64,000 nt of DNA from Malacoraja senta (lineage: Eukaryota), in NCBI GenBank assembly GCA_038087875.1, contig CM075978.1, forward strand, positions 100,130,001 to 100,194,000. Reading direction: 5' to 3'. Every line of letters begins with the position of its first letter. Within the stretch, counting starts at the first letter, position 1. Of the stretch, positions 48,799 to 62,922 are shown in pieces. The notes beneath the pieces are model-generated. The model was not told where the DNA came from. It was given only the letters and a program-made list of their open reading frames with translations, and ran no database searches. Made by a program: the position numbers and the translations under genes.

Positions 48799-51700
48799 CT
48801 ATGATGAACGTTTGTCAGCACTGGGCTTGTACTCGCTGGAGTTTAGAAAAATGAGGGGGGACCTCATTGAAACATACAAAATAGTGAAAGGCTTGGATAG
48901 AGTGGATGTGGAGAGGAGAGAAACATTCTTTTAGGAAGGAGATTAGGAGAGATTTCTTTAGTCAGAGGGCGGTGAATCTGTGGAATCTTTTGCCACAGAA
49001 GGCTGTCAGTGGATATTTTTAAGGCAGAGATAGATAGATTCTTGATTAGTACAGGTGTCAGAGGCTATGGGGAGAGGGCAGGAGGATGGGGTTAGGAGGG
49101 AGTGATAGATCAGCCACGATTGAATGGCGGGGACTTTATGGGCCAAATGGCCTAATTCTATTCCTATTCCTTATGACCTTATGTTCTATTCCTATTCCTT
49201 ATGAAACCAGAGCTCCTGGAGAAAATCCATGCAGGTCACGGGGAGATCGTACAAACTCCGTACAGACAGCACCCGTAGTCAAGATCGAACCCGGGTCTCT
49301 GGTGCTGTAAGGCAGGAACTCTACCACTGTGCCACCGTGCCGCACAAAGCTACTAGATACAGAATATATTGTGTTTGGATGCACGAATACTGGGCTTTAC
49401 AGTGCATGTAGGAGGTGAACTAGACTCATAGAGCTTGGAAACAGGCCGTTCGGCCCAACTAGTCCATGCCCAACAGGACCCCCATCTAAGTTAGAAACAT
49501 TTATCTGAGTTTGACCCATATCCTTTTCATATGGGACTAGCTTAGATGTGGTAGAATAGTCTATGCGAAGACAACAAGGAAATCAGTTCAGGTCATGGAG
49601 ATGTACAATACAGATTGGGATGTGAGAGAAAACCCAGATGAAATCCACCCGTTCACAGGGAGAATATACAAACTCCACACAGACAGCGCCAGAGGTCGGG
49701 ATTGAACCTAGCTCACTGGAGCTGTGGTCTATCAATTAAGCCACTGTCCCATAAGTAAATAAATATTACAAATAATAAATATCAGTGTCTGATATGGATA
49801 AGTTTCGATTTACTGACATTGTGAAAACCTTTAGGAATTTGCAAGTGATATTGTGAATGCCCTACAAAGTCCTCACAGTGAAACAGCAGTGGGAAGTAGT
49901 GGGCAGCAAGGAACCTTTACTTTATGCTTTAGAGATACAGCGCAGAAACAGGCCCTTAGTCTCACCGAGACTGCGCCAACCAGCGATCACCGCATACAGC
50001 ACTGTCCTACTCACTAGGGACAATTCATATATTTTTTTGCCAAAGCCAAACTTAACCTCTCACTCTGCCACAAGTGTGCTCCACCTACAGATCTGTCGGA
50101 TGGAAGTACTTCTGGTCTACTTTCTGTATGATGCAACCTGCCTCAATCTCGCTAATGCAGCTCTCTAAATGCAGCAGCAATTTAGCCTGAGCTGCCTTCC
50201 TTCTACCTAGGCAGGGCTCACAGCAACAGCACACAGCAATGCCTCTACAACCACTGTGAGAGGCTTGAACAGAAGAGAGGTTAAATGAGAATAATGTTGA
50301 CTAACTGAACGTGTAAAGAGATTGAAGAAGGATCTCGACCCCGAATGTCACCTATCCATGTTCTCCAGAGATGCTGCCTGACCCACTGAGATACATCAGC
50401 ACTTTGGGTCTTTTTGTGTGAAGGAACAAGGTTGGATGGTCTCTGTAAATGATAGCTGCAGAATCTGGTCCAGCACACACTATCTAATAAAATCAAGGTT
50501 ATCACCTGGAATTGTTGAACTCAATGGAGAGATAAGTTGCTGTACCTCATGTTTATGCTGATTTTCATTGTGTGGGAGGCTGAGGGCAGATGGAGTAAAT
50601 GAGCCAAAAATCTAGAGGAGAGCATGAAGTCTTACCGACATTCATCATCAACCAACGATGTCAAGTAAAGGTTAAAGCCCCGTGCCTAGTGTAGCATATC
50701 CAGTTCCTAGAAAAATCCCCTAAACATTCCTCCTCTGAGTGCATCTTGATACCGGGCTGGCAGCAATGGAAGGACACAAGTTATCAGTGGCCACCAGACT
50801 AACGTTCGGGTCTTGCGGTAATTGTCTGACCATCCTCATGTCTGGAGGCATGGGGCAAATCAAACACAACTAGTTCACAAGCAGGGGAGCAGGTCATTCT
50901 GCTTCTTACACTTGTCCTGCCAATAAAAATGTGACTGAATGTTGATGATGTGAGCTAGAGAATACCAAGAGAAGATCCATGTTCTTCTTGTAACATCAGG
51001 AAATCTATCATGTTGGACAAATGAGAACAAAGGATCCTCAGTTTCCAATCTCGTCCAAAGGTTTGCCCCCCCATTGGTGCAACGTTGAAGGAGCCGTGTG
51101 CGCTCCTCGGCCTTTAGGAACGGAGCCCGGTCCAGCTGGGCCCCAGGCTGGTGCAGGGCCTCCAGCGGCCCATTACACCATCGAGGCCGTGCACTCCCTC
51201 CCACGGCCAACTTGGTCATGGAATAGCTAACGTATTGTAGCCACAAAAATAAGGTCTACAATTGTCACGGGTTGCGATGCCTGCTTTACGAGGAGCTAGG
51301 ACACCGAAGCAAAAACCTGCTCTCTCATCGTGTTCCTTTGAGCACTGCTCAAAGTGGCATGCTTTTCTTTCTGAGCCACTTGATCCCTAACAAACAGCCT
51401 TAAAATGTGATTGCAAAGTGATCAGTTGGACAACTCTTTTAATCACAGCCAGGGTGACGCAGTGGTAGAGTTGCTGCCTTACTGCACCTGAGACTTGGGT
51501 TTGATCCTGACTATGGAGTTTGCATGTTCTCCCTGTGACCGCGTGGGTTTTCTCCAGGTACTCCGGTTTCCTCCCACATTCCAAAGACATGCGGGTTCGT
51601 AGGTTAATTGGCTTCTGTAAAGTGTCCCTAGAATCAGGGATAGAATTAGCGTACAGGGTGAATATTGGTCGGAGTGGATTAGGTGGGCCAAATGGCCTGT

Positions 51701-52508
51701 TTGCATGCTGTATCTCTAAACTACAACTGACTAATGCAACATGCAGTGCATGTTAAAGGCTTCCAGAGAGCAGACACTACACCAAATGCAATTCTGCAGA
51801 TTACCAGTCATTAATCAGCCTATAGGTTACACAGTTTCAGAGTTTTGCTTGTAGTAGATGAACCCAAGGTTTCGCTGCCTTCAACATTATTGTGGAAGCC
51901 TTTCCAGGCGTACAGATTTGAGCACAGAAATTAACTTACAATGAAATAATGACAAGACAATCTTTTCTCATGATGTTAAGGAAATATTGATCAGCTCTTC
52001 TTCAAAACACGTCCGTGGGATCTTTTACATCATTCTGAAAGAACAGATGGGCCCAGGGCTAGCAACTCAGCTTGGAAACAGCAGCGACCACTCAGTATCT
52101 CAGTCAAGAGTCACAAGAGTCTAATTGTCATTTATACCGACAACAGAACAATTAATTTCTCACTTGAACCAAATACGTTTCTCACTGAGCTCTGAGACTT
52201 CACCGATTTCCAACATTTTTTTTCGCCACTGATCCTCTAGCTTAAGCAAAGCATATAGGCAGTGGGCACTGGACAGGGATTGGGATTGGAAGCCTAAGGG
52301 TCTCCTACTTCCCTGGTCAACGTACACCCCAACAGTTATGCCAAAAGGCCACCTTCCATGAAGTGAGGATCTCATCACAAAGACAGCAGAGTGTTAACGT
52401 CTAAGTTAGATCTACCACTCAAGGCAGGTTGCTGCTTTGATCCTAACTCCGTAATCTAGGTTAGATGTGGTTTTCAGATTAATTGTGCTCTAGATTGTTC
52501 GAAAGAAG

Positions 52509-52655
52509 AGGAAAGTCCATAAATTTGGAGGCTCTTGGGGTCTTAACCCCTGACTCAGTCATCGGTGATATCATTTTCCGTGCAAGGAGGTAGAAACCCC
52601 TCTGCTGCTGCCAGGAACAGGCAGCAAACCACGTGGATGCTGCCCTCTATAAAAG
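52509..52655 (+). promoter_or_regulatory. IL-17 proximal promoter, unit C
   Basis: Same kB-like, AP-1 and E-box motifs as unit A; TATAAAAG at 52648-52655. Confidence 0.65.
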
Positions 52656-52772
52656 AGCATGCAGCAAGTACTCAAACAACCAGACTCAAGGCAGACTTCA
52701 GAGCAGACACTGCCTCATTCAGGGGAGACCAACCTCAAGCAACCCAAAAGCGAACAAGCAAGAGACTCCAAG

Positions 52773-52796
52773 ATGTTTTGCAAGGACCGACTTATG
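52773..52796 (+). CDS. IL17A/F: IL-17A/F-like cytokine, unit C, coding exon 1
   Basis: Identical to unit A exon 1, donor GTGAGT. Confidence 0.72.
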
Positions 52797-55700
52797 GTGA
52801 GTGATGAGAATCTGTTTAAAAAATGAGGAGGGAGATCCACCAGATATTGAAGATATTGTAATCTGGAGCAAATGAGGAACCTAGAAGGTCAGGCAGCATT
52901 TGTGGGGGTAGATGGACAGGTGATGTTTTGTGACATCAGCATAGATATGTACAGAAGGTACAGCAAATTAAGCCAGGAACGTTGAAATTTGTGGCCCTTG
53001 AACAGCTGGGCTCGCAAGGAAGACCGTCTTACTTTCTTTTACTAACTGTGCTATCCTGTAGTTGTACACTGCAGACAGCATATGTGTAGTCTTTTTGCTG
53101 AGTGGATAATATACAAACAGAAAAGCTTTTCACGGTACCTTGGTACATGTGACAATAATAAATTAAATCCAAAAGCGGAACCATATCTTGCTTCTCCTTA
53201 GATACGCTACTGTTAAATTTTCAGTGGAATTTTTCAGTGTAGATTGAACTGACAGCCTGTGGACAGAGGATTACCTCAAGCAGCAGAGTGCAGGCATTAA
53301 TATAACACTGAATCAAGGCTGCACTCCCATCTCCACTTGCAGTTTTACCCGAATGCTTAGTGATTGAGGTCTGTATTAATGCAGTGAAAGGACTTTAGCA
53401 CAGATTTTCCTGAGTGTGTTTGGGAATTGGGAAGAGTGGTCACTTAAGGTCGTGATGCAGGGTCTCGATCCGAAATGGCTACCGTCCCTCTACATCCACA
53501 GATGCTACCTGACCTGCTGGGTTCCTCCATCAGACAGGTTCCAGCATCTGTAGTCTCTCGAGTCTCTAGAGCTTAAGATAGGTTATTGTGTGGAGGGAAA
53601 GAAGTTTCCATGTCCAGCAAGGTCCCAAATCATTATGTTTCAAAGACGCAATAAACAGTGAATCTGTGATGTTGGATAAACATGGCCAGAAATCCAGATG
53701 TGCTCTCATGTCCTTTAACCAAATGATGCCATAGGATTACGCAGGTCTAACACAGGGTGGCACAGCTGGTAGAATTGCTGTCTAAGAGCGCCAGACGGGT
53801 TCAATCCTGGCCTCGATTGCTGTCTGAGTGGAGTTTTGTGTGGAGCATATTGAACGCCGGGTTAAGGCTTGAAGGGCCGGGTGGCCTACCCCTGTTCCTA
53901 TTTTCTTGTATCTCGTGAAAACTGTGTTTTTGTTAGAATTATCTTGCCCAAGATTATAGCAGTGAGTTTGTGAATCGCAGAGTCGCGTGAATATCAAACA
54001 TTCTTTCTCGGTGAAGGTTTTATGCTTTTAAGGAGGATGTGGCCTTATCAATGTTTAAACCTCTCACCACTCAATTTGTTTCACTTCAAAGACCACAGCA
54101 GGTTCAAATAAAAACTAATTTGCCAGTATTGCAATAGAAGGAAGTTGTACGCTGCCCAATGCTCCCTTGCAGACTGTCATTGTGGGCTAAGTAACGTTTC
54201 TACCATGGCCTTTCAAATGTGTGGGCGGCATGTTGGCGCAGTGGTAGAGTTGCTACCTTCAGCGTCAGAGTCCTGGGTTCGATCCTGATTACGAATGGTG
54301 ATCCTGATTACGGGTGTTGCCTGTACGGAGTTTGTCTGTTCTCCCCTTGTGGGTTTTCTCCGAGATCTTCGGTTTCCTCACACACTCCAAAGACGTACAG
54401 GTTTGCAGGTTAATTAGCTTGTTGTAAATGTAAATTTGTCCCTTGTGTGTAGGATAGCGTTAATGTGCGGGGATTGCTGGTCGGTACGGACTCGGTGGGC
54501 CGAAGGGCCTGTTTCCGCGCTGTATCTCTAAATTAAACTAAACCTGAACTGCAATAATAAAATGAGGTACTACAAGTAATTCTGCTATAATGTGATTCAT
54601 AAGCAACCTTGCATGACAGAAAATTGTCTTATAGAAACAATTGTGTCAATGGGGCAAAGGGGGTTTTCAACTTAAGAGTTTAACACTTGCAATAAGAAAG
54701 TTTTTTTTACTGCAGGGTTTTCAAATGTGTAGGTCTTTTTATTTGTGTATTTTGTTACTGCAAGCTTAAAACACTAACGGCTGTATGTTATATTGTCTAA
54801 TAGAGTATCACTGCACAAATGTCTGTGGAAGTAATTCCTTGTCAATGTCCATGGCCACTGTGTTCTTAAATGACAATGGAATCCAATTACTGTGGGGAGG
54901 TTACACAGAAACAGCTTTTCATTGGTTTTCTTTTTTCTCCCCAAGATACTTTGTCACATTCCAGACTAACTTTTGTGGAGTTAATTCCTGATCAAAATTG
55001 CATTATAACCAATTTGCCGTGTGTATTAACAATAATGTTCCTTAGTTCATCAGTTCTATTATATCCAATTAGTACTAATTAGTGTACACTGTGTAAATAA
55101 TTGCCTCACACATCTACTTTAAACCTCTCCCCTCTGCTCTTATAGTATTCTACATTTCCTTCCAGGAAAAGGTTCTGACCGTTTACCCTATCTATGCCTC
55201 TCATCATTTTATATATTCTATCATGTCTCCCTTCAATCTCCAACCTAACTTCCTTATAGCCGAAGGTAGACACAAAATGCTGGAGTATCTCAGCGGGATA
55301 GGCAGCATCTCTGCAGAGAAGGAATGGGTGACGTTTCGGGTAGAGATCCTTCTTCAGTCTTCTCTCCAGAGATGCTGCCTGTCTTGCTGTTACTCCAGCA
55401 TTTTGTGTCCACCCAAATTAAACCAGCATCTGTAGTTCTTTCCTACTCCTTATAGCTGATATCCTCTAATCCATATTTTGATATTGCACTTTGCACCCCC
55501 TCCAAAGCCTCCACGACCTTCCTATAATGGGATGACCAGAACTGCATGCAATACTCCAAATGCAGCCTAACCAAAGGTTTTTAAGATGCAACATGACTTC
55601 CTGACTCACAGTGCCATGACCAACAAAGGCAAGAATTTCATCCACCTTCTTTACCACTCTATCTACGTGTGTTGCTGCTTGATGGAGCTATGTGACTTGG

Positions 55701-55837
55701 AATCCAAGATTGCTCTGTACATCCATGCTGTTCAGGGTCTTGCCATTGCGATAATCATGCTGAAGTTGAATAGATTCACAGCCGTGGCAGGTTGTCATCT
55801 GACGCGATGTGCTAAATGGCGCTATGGTTTTTTTCAG

Positions 55838-56052
55838 GCTTCTACTGTGCTGGTCATCTTGGTGCTCGCCGCCCTAACAGAAGCTGCCTCCACGGCAAAA
55901 GGCAAGAAGAACAGAAGGAAAGGGGATCGCATGCGCTTAAAGAGAACCACAAAGTTGGAAAATGTAATGCTGTCTGCCAATTTCCCCAAGTACAATGACC
56001 ACATCCACGAGACTTCCTTCAGGGACCGCTCTCTATCCCCCTGGACCTACAA
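55838..56052 (+). CDS. IL17A/F: IL-17A/F-like cytokine, unit C, exon 2
   Basis: 215 nt, same splice sites; three amino-acid differences from unit A (LLL>LVL, KNN>KKN, EIV>ENV). Confidence 0.9.
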
Positions 56053-56898
56053 GTAAGTTCAAAGTCAAAGTCAATTTTATTACCCAAAGGTGCAGTGAAT
56101 TTACCAGCAGCGATACACTTAAAAAGAATACACAATAAGATTTAACACAAACATCCACCACAGCATTCTTCACCGTGGTGAAAGGCAACAAAGTTCAGCC
56201 CATCCTCCTCCTTTGTTCACCCGTGGTCGGGGCCATAAACCCTCCGTAGTCGCCGCTACGGACAGCCCGATGTACAGGCCCTCTCATAGAGATGATCAAA
56301 ACTCCGACGTCGGGATGATCAAAACTCCGACGTCGGGACGGTCAAACACACTCCGCATCTTGGAGGTTCTGAATCGGCACTTTCCTGAATCGGCACTTTC
56401 AACTCACAACGCCTCCTTCCTTTACCTACAAAAAACACTGAACCACCAGAGAAGCACAATCATACTCCCTCAGTCAAATATTCCATCACTCTCTTACAAT
56501 CTATCTCCATTACGCTGAGTTGTCCATCCCTGCAGGCTCTCTGTCACTGGGAGGTTATGTTCACAAGTTGTAGGAGCACAATTAGGCTATTCGGCCCATC
56601 TGGTCTACTCCACCATTCAATCATGGCTAAATATCTTTCTCTCTCAACCCCATTCTCCTGCCTTCTCCCCATAACCCCAGATACCCTTACTGATAAGTTC
56701 ACCATCAGTCCCACCACACCGTGAGTTGCCCTTCCCTGCAGGCTCTCTGTCACTGGTGATTCTCCATCACTCCTTCCATTGCTAAGGGCACTCATTCACG
56801 CCAGCTCCCCATCACTACACTACCTCCTTTGCTCTCTCGATCACTGTAGGCTGCCGGTCTCTTCTCCCCTTTGGGATCTCTGGTGATCGTACCATCAC

Positions 56899-57087
56899 CA
56901 GAGATATACTAGCTATATTTAAGAGGGAATTAGATGTGGCCCTTGTGGCTAAAGGGATCAGGGGGTATGGAGAGAAGGCAGGTACGGGATACTGAGTTGG
57001 ATGATCAGCCATGATCGTATTGAATGGCGGTGCAGGCTCGAAGGGCCGAATGGCCTACTCCTGCACCTAATTTCTATGTATCTATGT
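56899..57087 (+). mobile_element. Short young CR1 3' insertion in unit C intron 2, ATCAC TSD
   Basis: Absent from unit A (~37075). ATCAC at 56894-56898 and 57088-57092; (TATGTATC) tail as at 602-1057. Confidence 0.88.
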
Positions 57088-57631
57088 ATCACTGAGGACA
57101 CCCCATTTCTCCTGGTTCTCCATCTCTGCCTGTTCACCGACACTCTCCTCGTCACTGTAATCTCTTCATTGCTCTCTCTGTAGCACCCCTCACTTCACAT
57201 TACTTCATCATCATTCCAGAAACCACTGGGCATCTGTATAATAGGCTCTCGATGCCCAGCATGCTTCTCATCCTCTTCCATTGCAGGGTATATGGGCAGT
57301 CACAGTATGGCACAGTGGTGCAGCAAGAGTTGCTGCCTTACAGCGCCAGAGACCTTTGTTCGATTCTGACTAAGGGTGCTTGTTTGTATGTTCTCCCCAT
57401 GATGGCGTGGGTTTTCCCCAGGTGCTCCTGTTTCCTCCCACACCTCAAAGACACACAGGTTTGTAGGTTCATTGGCTTTGGTAAAGATTGTGTATTGTCC
57501 CTAGCATGTAGGATGGTGATCGCTGGCCGGTGCAGACTCGGTGGGCTGAAGAACCTGTTTCCACGCTAAACTAAACTAAATTAAACAGTCCCTATAACAA
57601 TGAGATGGTTTACTAATTTCTCTTCTTGCAG

Positions 57632-57869
57632 GGAGGACGTTGATGCCAACCGCTATCCTTCTTCCATCTACAAGGCAGAGTGTGAGAGCAAGCAATGCTT
57701 CAACATTCGTGGCTTCAAGGATCCAGATCTGAACACCCGTCTGGTCAAGCATGAGATGCTTGTCCTCAGGAAGAAGATGTCACATGATGACAAGATAATT
57801 TACCACGTGGAGAAACTCATGGTCCCTGTTGCTTGTGTCTGTGTCCGTCCGGATGTCGTGCATGCCTGA
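57632..57869 (+). CDS. IL17A/F: IL-17A/F-like cytokine, unit C, exon 3
   Basis: Protein identical to unit A exon 3; intact acceptor and stop. Confidence 0.92.
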
Positions 57870-60800
57870 TAGAGCCAGCTGTAGGTGTGTCAAAGGATAG
57901 TCATGTCCAGCCAACCCCAAGCCAAGTTGAAGCATATCCTTAAGCATTTTAAACTGGAACCAGAGTGGGGGAAATAGCATTTGAATTGGAAGCCAGCCAA
58001 AAGTACCGCTGCAAAGCACTCACTCCTCTGCCCTGCCCCCACCCATTCCCCTCCCCCTGGGTAAGAGGAGGCACTGTCACCTTAGCATTGAAATGACCAC
58101 CAACCATCCTCTGCCTGAGTATAATTGCAGTCAGAGGCATGAAGTTGGCTGTCCTGGAACCTGACTGGTGAGGATTTGGGAAAAACATGATGAAGACAAT
58201 TATCCTCTGCTTCTCCCTCTTAAATTGTTGCAGTAACATAGAAACATAGAGAATAGGTGCAGGAGGAGGCCATTCGGCCCTTTGAGCCAGCACCGCCATT
58301 CATTGTGGATAACAACTGTGCAACAAAGAAACGTAGAAAATTAGAGCAGGCCATTTGGCATTTCCAGCCTGCTCCCTTATTCAATGTGGCCATAGAGTCA
58401 GTCAGCACGTAAACAGGTCCTTCAGCCCAACCTTTCCATACTGAATAAGGTACACCAACTACGCTAGGCCCATTAACCCATGTTTGGCCTATATCCCTTG
58501 AAACCTTTGTACCTGTCCAAATGCCTGTAAAATGTTACGTACCTGCCTCAACCAATTCTTTTAGCAGCTCATTCCACAAACATACTTTGTGAAAATGTTG
58601 CTCCTCGGGTTCCTGTTAAATCTTTCCCCTCTCACCTTAAACATGACCTCTAGTTCTTAACATAGAAACATAGAAAATAGGTACAGGAATAGGCCATTCG
58701 GCCCTTCGAGCCTGCACCGCCATTCAATATGATCATGGCTGATCATCCAACTCAGTATCCTGTACCTGCCTTCTCTCCATACCCCCTGATCCCTTTAGCC
58801 ACAAGGGCCACATCTAACTCTCTCTTAAATATAGCCAATGAACTGGCCTCAACTACCTTCTGTGGCAGAGAGTTCCAGAGATTCACCACTCTCTGTGTGA
58901 AAAATGTTTTTCTCATCTCGGTCTTAAAGGATTTCCCCTTTATCCCTAAACTGTGACACTTTGTCCTGGACTTCCCCAACATCGGGAACAATCTTCCTGC
59001 ATCTAGCCTGTCCAACCCCTTAAGAATTTTGTAAGTTTCTATAAGATCCCCCCTCAATCTTCTAAACTCTAGCGAGTACAAGCCGAGTCTATCCAGTCTT
59101 GATTCCCTTACCCTGCAAAAAAGGCTTTGTGTATTCACCTATCTATTCATCTCATGATTTTAATGCACATTCAAAAGATCACACCTCAGTATCTTGCATT
59201 ACAAGGAATAAAGTCCTACCCTGCCCAACCTCTCCCTGCAGGTCAGTTCATGGCTGATCCTCAGTCTCAATACCACTTTCCTACTCTCTCCGGTCACCCC
59301 TCCACCTCCTTCAATCTCCCAGCCTTCACTATAATCAGCGGCTTTGTCTGTACCTTGGCATGCAAAGGATATTATAGCTCCCAGCACATTAGAAAGGGAT
59401 GCCTCTCTCTCCCTCTCTTTGGAATGGCTCTGCCCCAGGTGCACTCACATCCAATACCAATTTCAGTCAGATAGTCACTGTATACAGACTATTGTAAGTA
59501 CCAGTCTCAGATCTTTGGAGGTTGGGTCATGTGCATTGGATCTATTCTGCAGCTGCTTCATGTCTCGAGAGCGCAGACTGTACACATAAAAATTTCTACG
59601 CAGACTATTCAGATCATTTGCTCCCTCTGCGTTCCCTCTCATTGTTCTTCCAGCCAGGAAAGGAAAAGCGATGGCTTGGAGACAATAGCCGTCCCTGGGA
59701 ACTGCAACTGGGGTCACAACGCATCAGGTGCTTGCAGGCAAATGCAGTCAACTGAATGTTAGCTTAGCAAGGCTTTTTTTTGCACAGTTCTTTAGAGGTG
59801 GACAAGATTGTGGTGGGTTCCGCCCAGATTGTTGAGATAGTATTATCGACAGCAACTGTAAGCTAAGATCGAGGGCATCAGATCTGCAATACAGCCAGTT
59901 GCTATTTGCTATCCATTGTTGACTTGCAACCAGATGGAGTTGGAAACATTGGCTAAAGATATCAACACCAAGTCGGGGCTGACATATTCCCTGCTCACAT
60001 CAGCTGGTCAGGTCGGCCTGCACTCTTCATTCTACCTGGGTGGGAAGCCAAGCAAGATCAGGAATAACCAGAGCTGGTCACCCTGGAGATCTGGGAATGT
60101 GAAGCAAAGGGAAGTTTGAGAATGTATTAATTATTAATTTATTAAGTTATTTTTGATATTTATATGAAATGTTTCTGTCTAAAGAGCCTCACCTGTACAA
60201 TTTAGTTTTAAAATAAAGATTATGTGTTGAGCATTTGCGGCTTCAGTTTGACTATCTTTTCTGGTTTCAAAGGCACGCACACTCTGGGGAAAGATGTTAC
60301 ACAGAAGTACAATCCTATCGCTGGTCCTTCCAGCTAATAGTTCAAAATTCAGACTGCAGGGAACTGAAGGGTTCCTGTCATGTGCATTACAATTTAAGCA
60401 TCTGATATAAATCTCAAGAGAAATGTCCCAAGGGGAGGCCATTCAGCCTATAAAAAGTACATGCTGTCTCCAGCAGGGCTGTCCAATATACCTGCAAGGG
60501 ATTCTTGCACCAATTCACAAGAAAATCACCTATTTCACACCGTCTTCCTGGAAGTGTGCATACTCTTTACCTCAGTTGGTTATTCCATGATTGCACTTTA
60601 ATATTTTTTGCACTACTTCACATTGAACATTAAAAAGTATAGCACAGGAACAGGCCCTTTGGCCCACAAAGTCTATGCTGAACATGATGCCCAGCCAAAC
60701 TAATCTCATCTGCCTGAGCATGATCCATAGTTTTTCTCTCTCCGTTCATACGGTTTGAACATCTGGCTTGCCAGACATCCCTCCATTTCACAACTGCAGG

Positions 60801-62922
60801 CAGCACGGTGGCGCAGCGGTAGAGTTGCTGCCTTACAGCACAAGGGATCTGGGTTCGATCCTGAATACGGGTGCTGTTTGACTGTGGTTTGTGCATTCTC
60901 CCTGTGACCACGTGATCTTCTCTCCAGAGATGCTGCCTGTCCCGCTGAGTTACTCCAGCATTTTCTGTCTACCTTCGATTCTTTCCAACACTCACTGGGT
61001 ACCTTTGTATATCCACACTTCCCAATCGATCACCATTTAATTAATAGTAATATGTAAATGAACCGGCCTAAGGGCCGTTTTTGTGCCGTGTAGCGCCAGG
61101 CGATAACTTTTTTTCCCTGCCAGTGAATATCTTCACATTTATCGATGTTATTATAATACATTTGTCATGGTTTTGCCCATTCGCACAATTTCTTTTTTTT
61201 AATTATAATTTTATTGGAAGCAATTGTACAAAAAAGAATGACTTAACAGTTCTACAACTCTAGCACAGCTTCATTTTTTTAAAAACATTTTACAAACAGA
61301 ATATTAAATTGATATAAGAAAAAAGAGACCTATGATGAACGTTTGTCAGCACTGGGCTTGTACTCGCTGGAGTTTAGAAAAATGAGGGGGGACCTCATTG
61401 AAACATACAAAATAGTGAAAGGCTTGGATAGAGTGGAGAGGAGAGAAACATTCTTTTAGGAAGGAGATTAGGAGAGATTTCTTTAGTCAGAGGGCGGTGA
61501 ATCTGTGGAATCTTTTGCCACAGAAGGCTGTCAGTGGATATTTTTAAGGCAGAGATAGATAGATTCTTGATTAGTACAGGTGTCAGAGGCTATGGGGAGA
61601 GGGCAGGAGAATGGGGTTAGGAGGGAGTGATAGATCAGCCATGATTGAATGGCGGGGACTTGATGGGCCAAATGGCCTAATTCTATTCCTATTCCTTATG
61701 ACCTTATGTTCTATTCCTATTCCTTATGAAACCAGAACTCCTGGAGAAAATCCATGCAGGTCACGGGGAGATCGTACAAACTCCGTACAGACAGCACCCG
61801 TAGTCAAGATCGAACCCGGGTCTCTGGTGCTGTAAGGCAGCAACTCTACCACTGTGCCACCGTGCCGCACAAAGCTACTAGATACAGAATATATTGTGTT
61901 TGGATGCGCGAATACTGGGCTTTACAGTGCATGTAGGAGGTGAACTAGACTCATAGAGCTTGGAAACAGGCCGTTCGGCCCAACTAGTCCATGCCCAACA
62001 GGATCCCCATCTAAGTTAGAAACATTTATCTGAGTTTGACCCATATCCTTTTCATATGGGACTAGATTAGATGTGGTAGAATAGACTATGCGAAGACAAC
62101 AAGGAAATCAGTTCTGGTCACGGAGATGTACAATACAGATTGGGATGTGAGAGAAAACCCAGATGAAATCCACCCGTTCACAGGGAGAATATACAAACTC
62201 CACATAGACAGCGCCAGAGGTCGGGATTGAACCTAGCTCACTGGAGCTGTGGTCTATCAATTAAGCCACTGTCCCATAAGTAAATAAATATAACAAATAA
62301 TAAATATCAGTGTCTGATATGGATAAGTTTCGATTTACTGATATTGTGAAAACCTTTAGGAATTTGCAAGTGATATTGTGAATGCCCTACAAAGTCCTCA
62401 CAGTGAAACAGCAGTGGGAAGTAGTGGGCAGCAAGGAACCTTTACTTTATGCTTTAGAGATACAGCGCAGAAACAGGCCCTTAGTCTCACCGAGTCCGCG
62501 CCAACCAGCGATCACCGCATACAGCACTGTCCTACTCACTAGGGACAATTCATATATTTTTTTGCCAAAGCCAATTAACTTACAAACCTACACGTCTTTG
62601 GCATGTGGGGGGAAACCGGGGCACCCGGAGGAAACCCACGCGTTCACAGCGCGAACGTGCAAACACCGTGGAGGGAGCACCCATAGTCGGGATCGAACCT
62701 GAGACCCTGGCACGGTAAAGCAGCAAAACTACCACTGCGCTACCGTGCCGCCTGGCCGGGTAGCAACAGAGAGACCACCAAGCATTTCCGACTCACCACC
62801 CCACTTCCACTCATGCAACAAGTTCTTAAGATTATGTTTATTCCTTTCTTTAATCGGTTAATGTAAAAAAGAATCCAGTTACGCAGTTAAGGCCACTGGT
62901 CTACTTAACCTCTCACTCTGCC

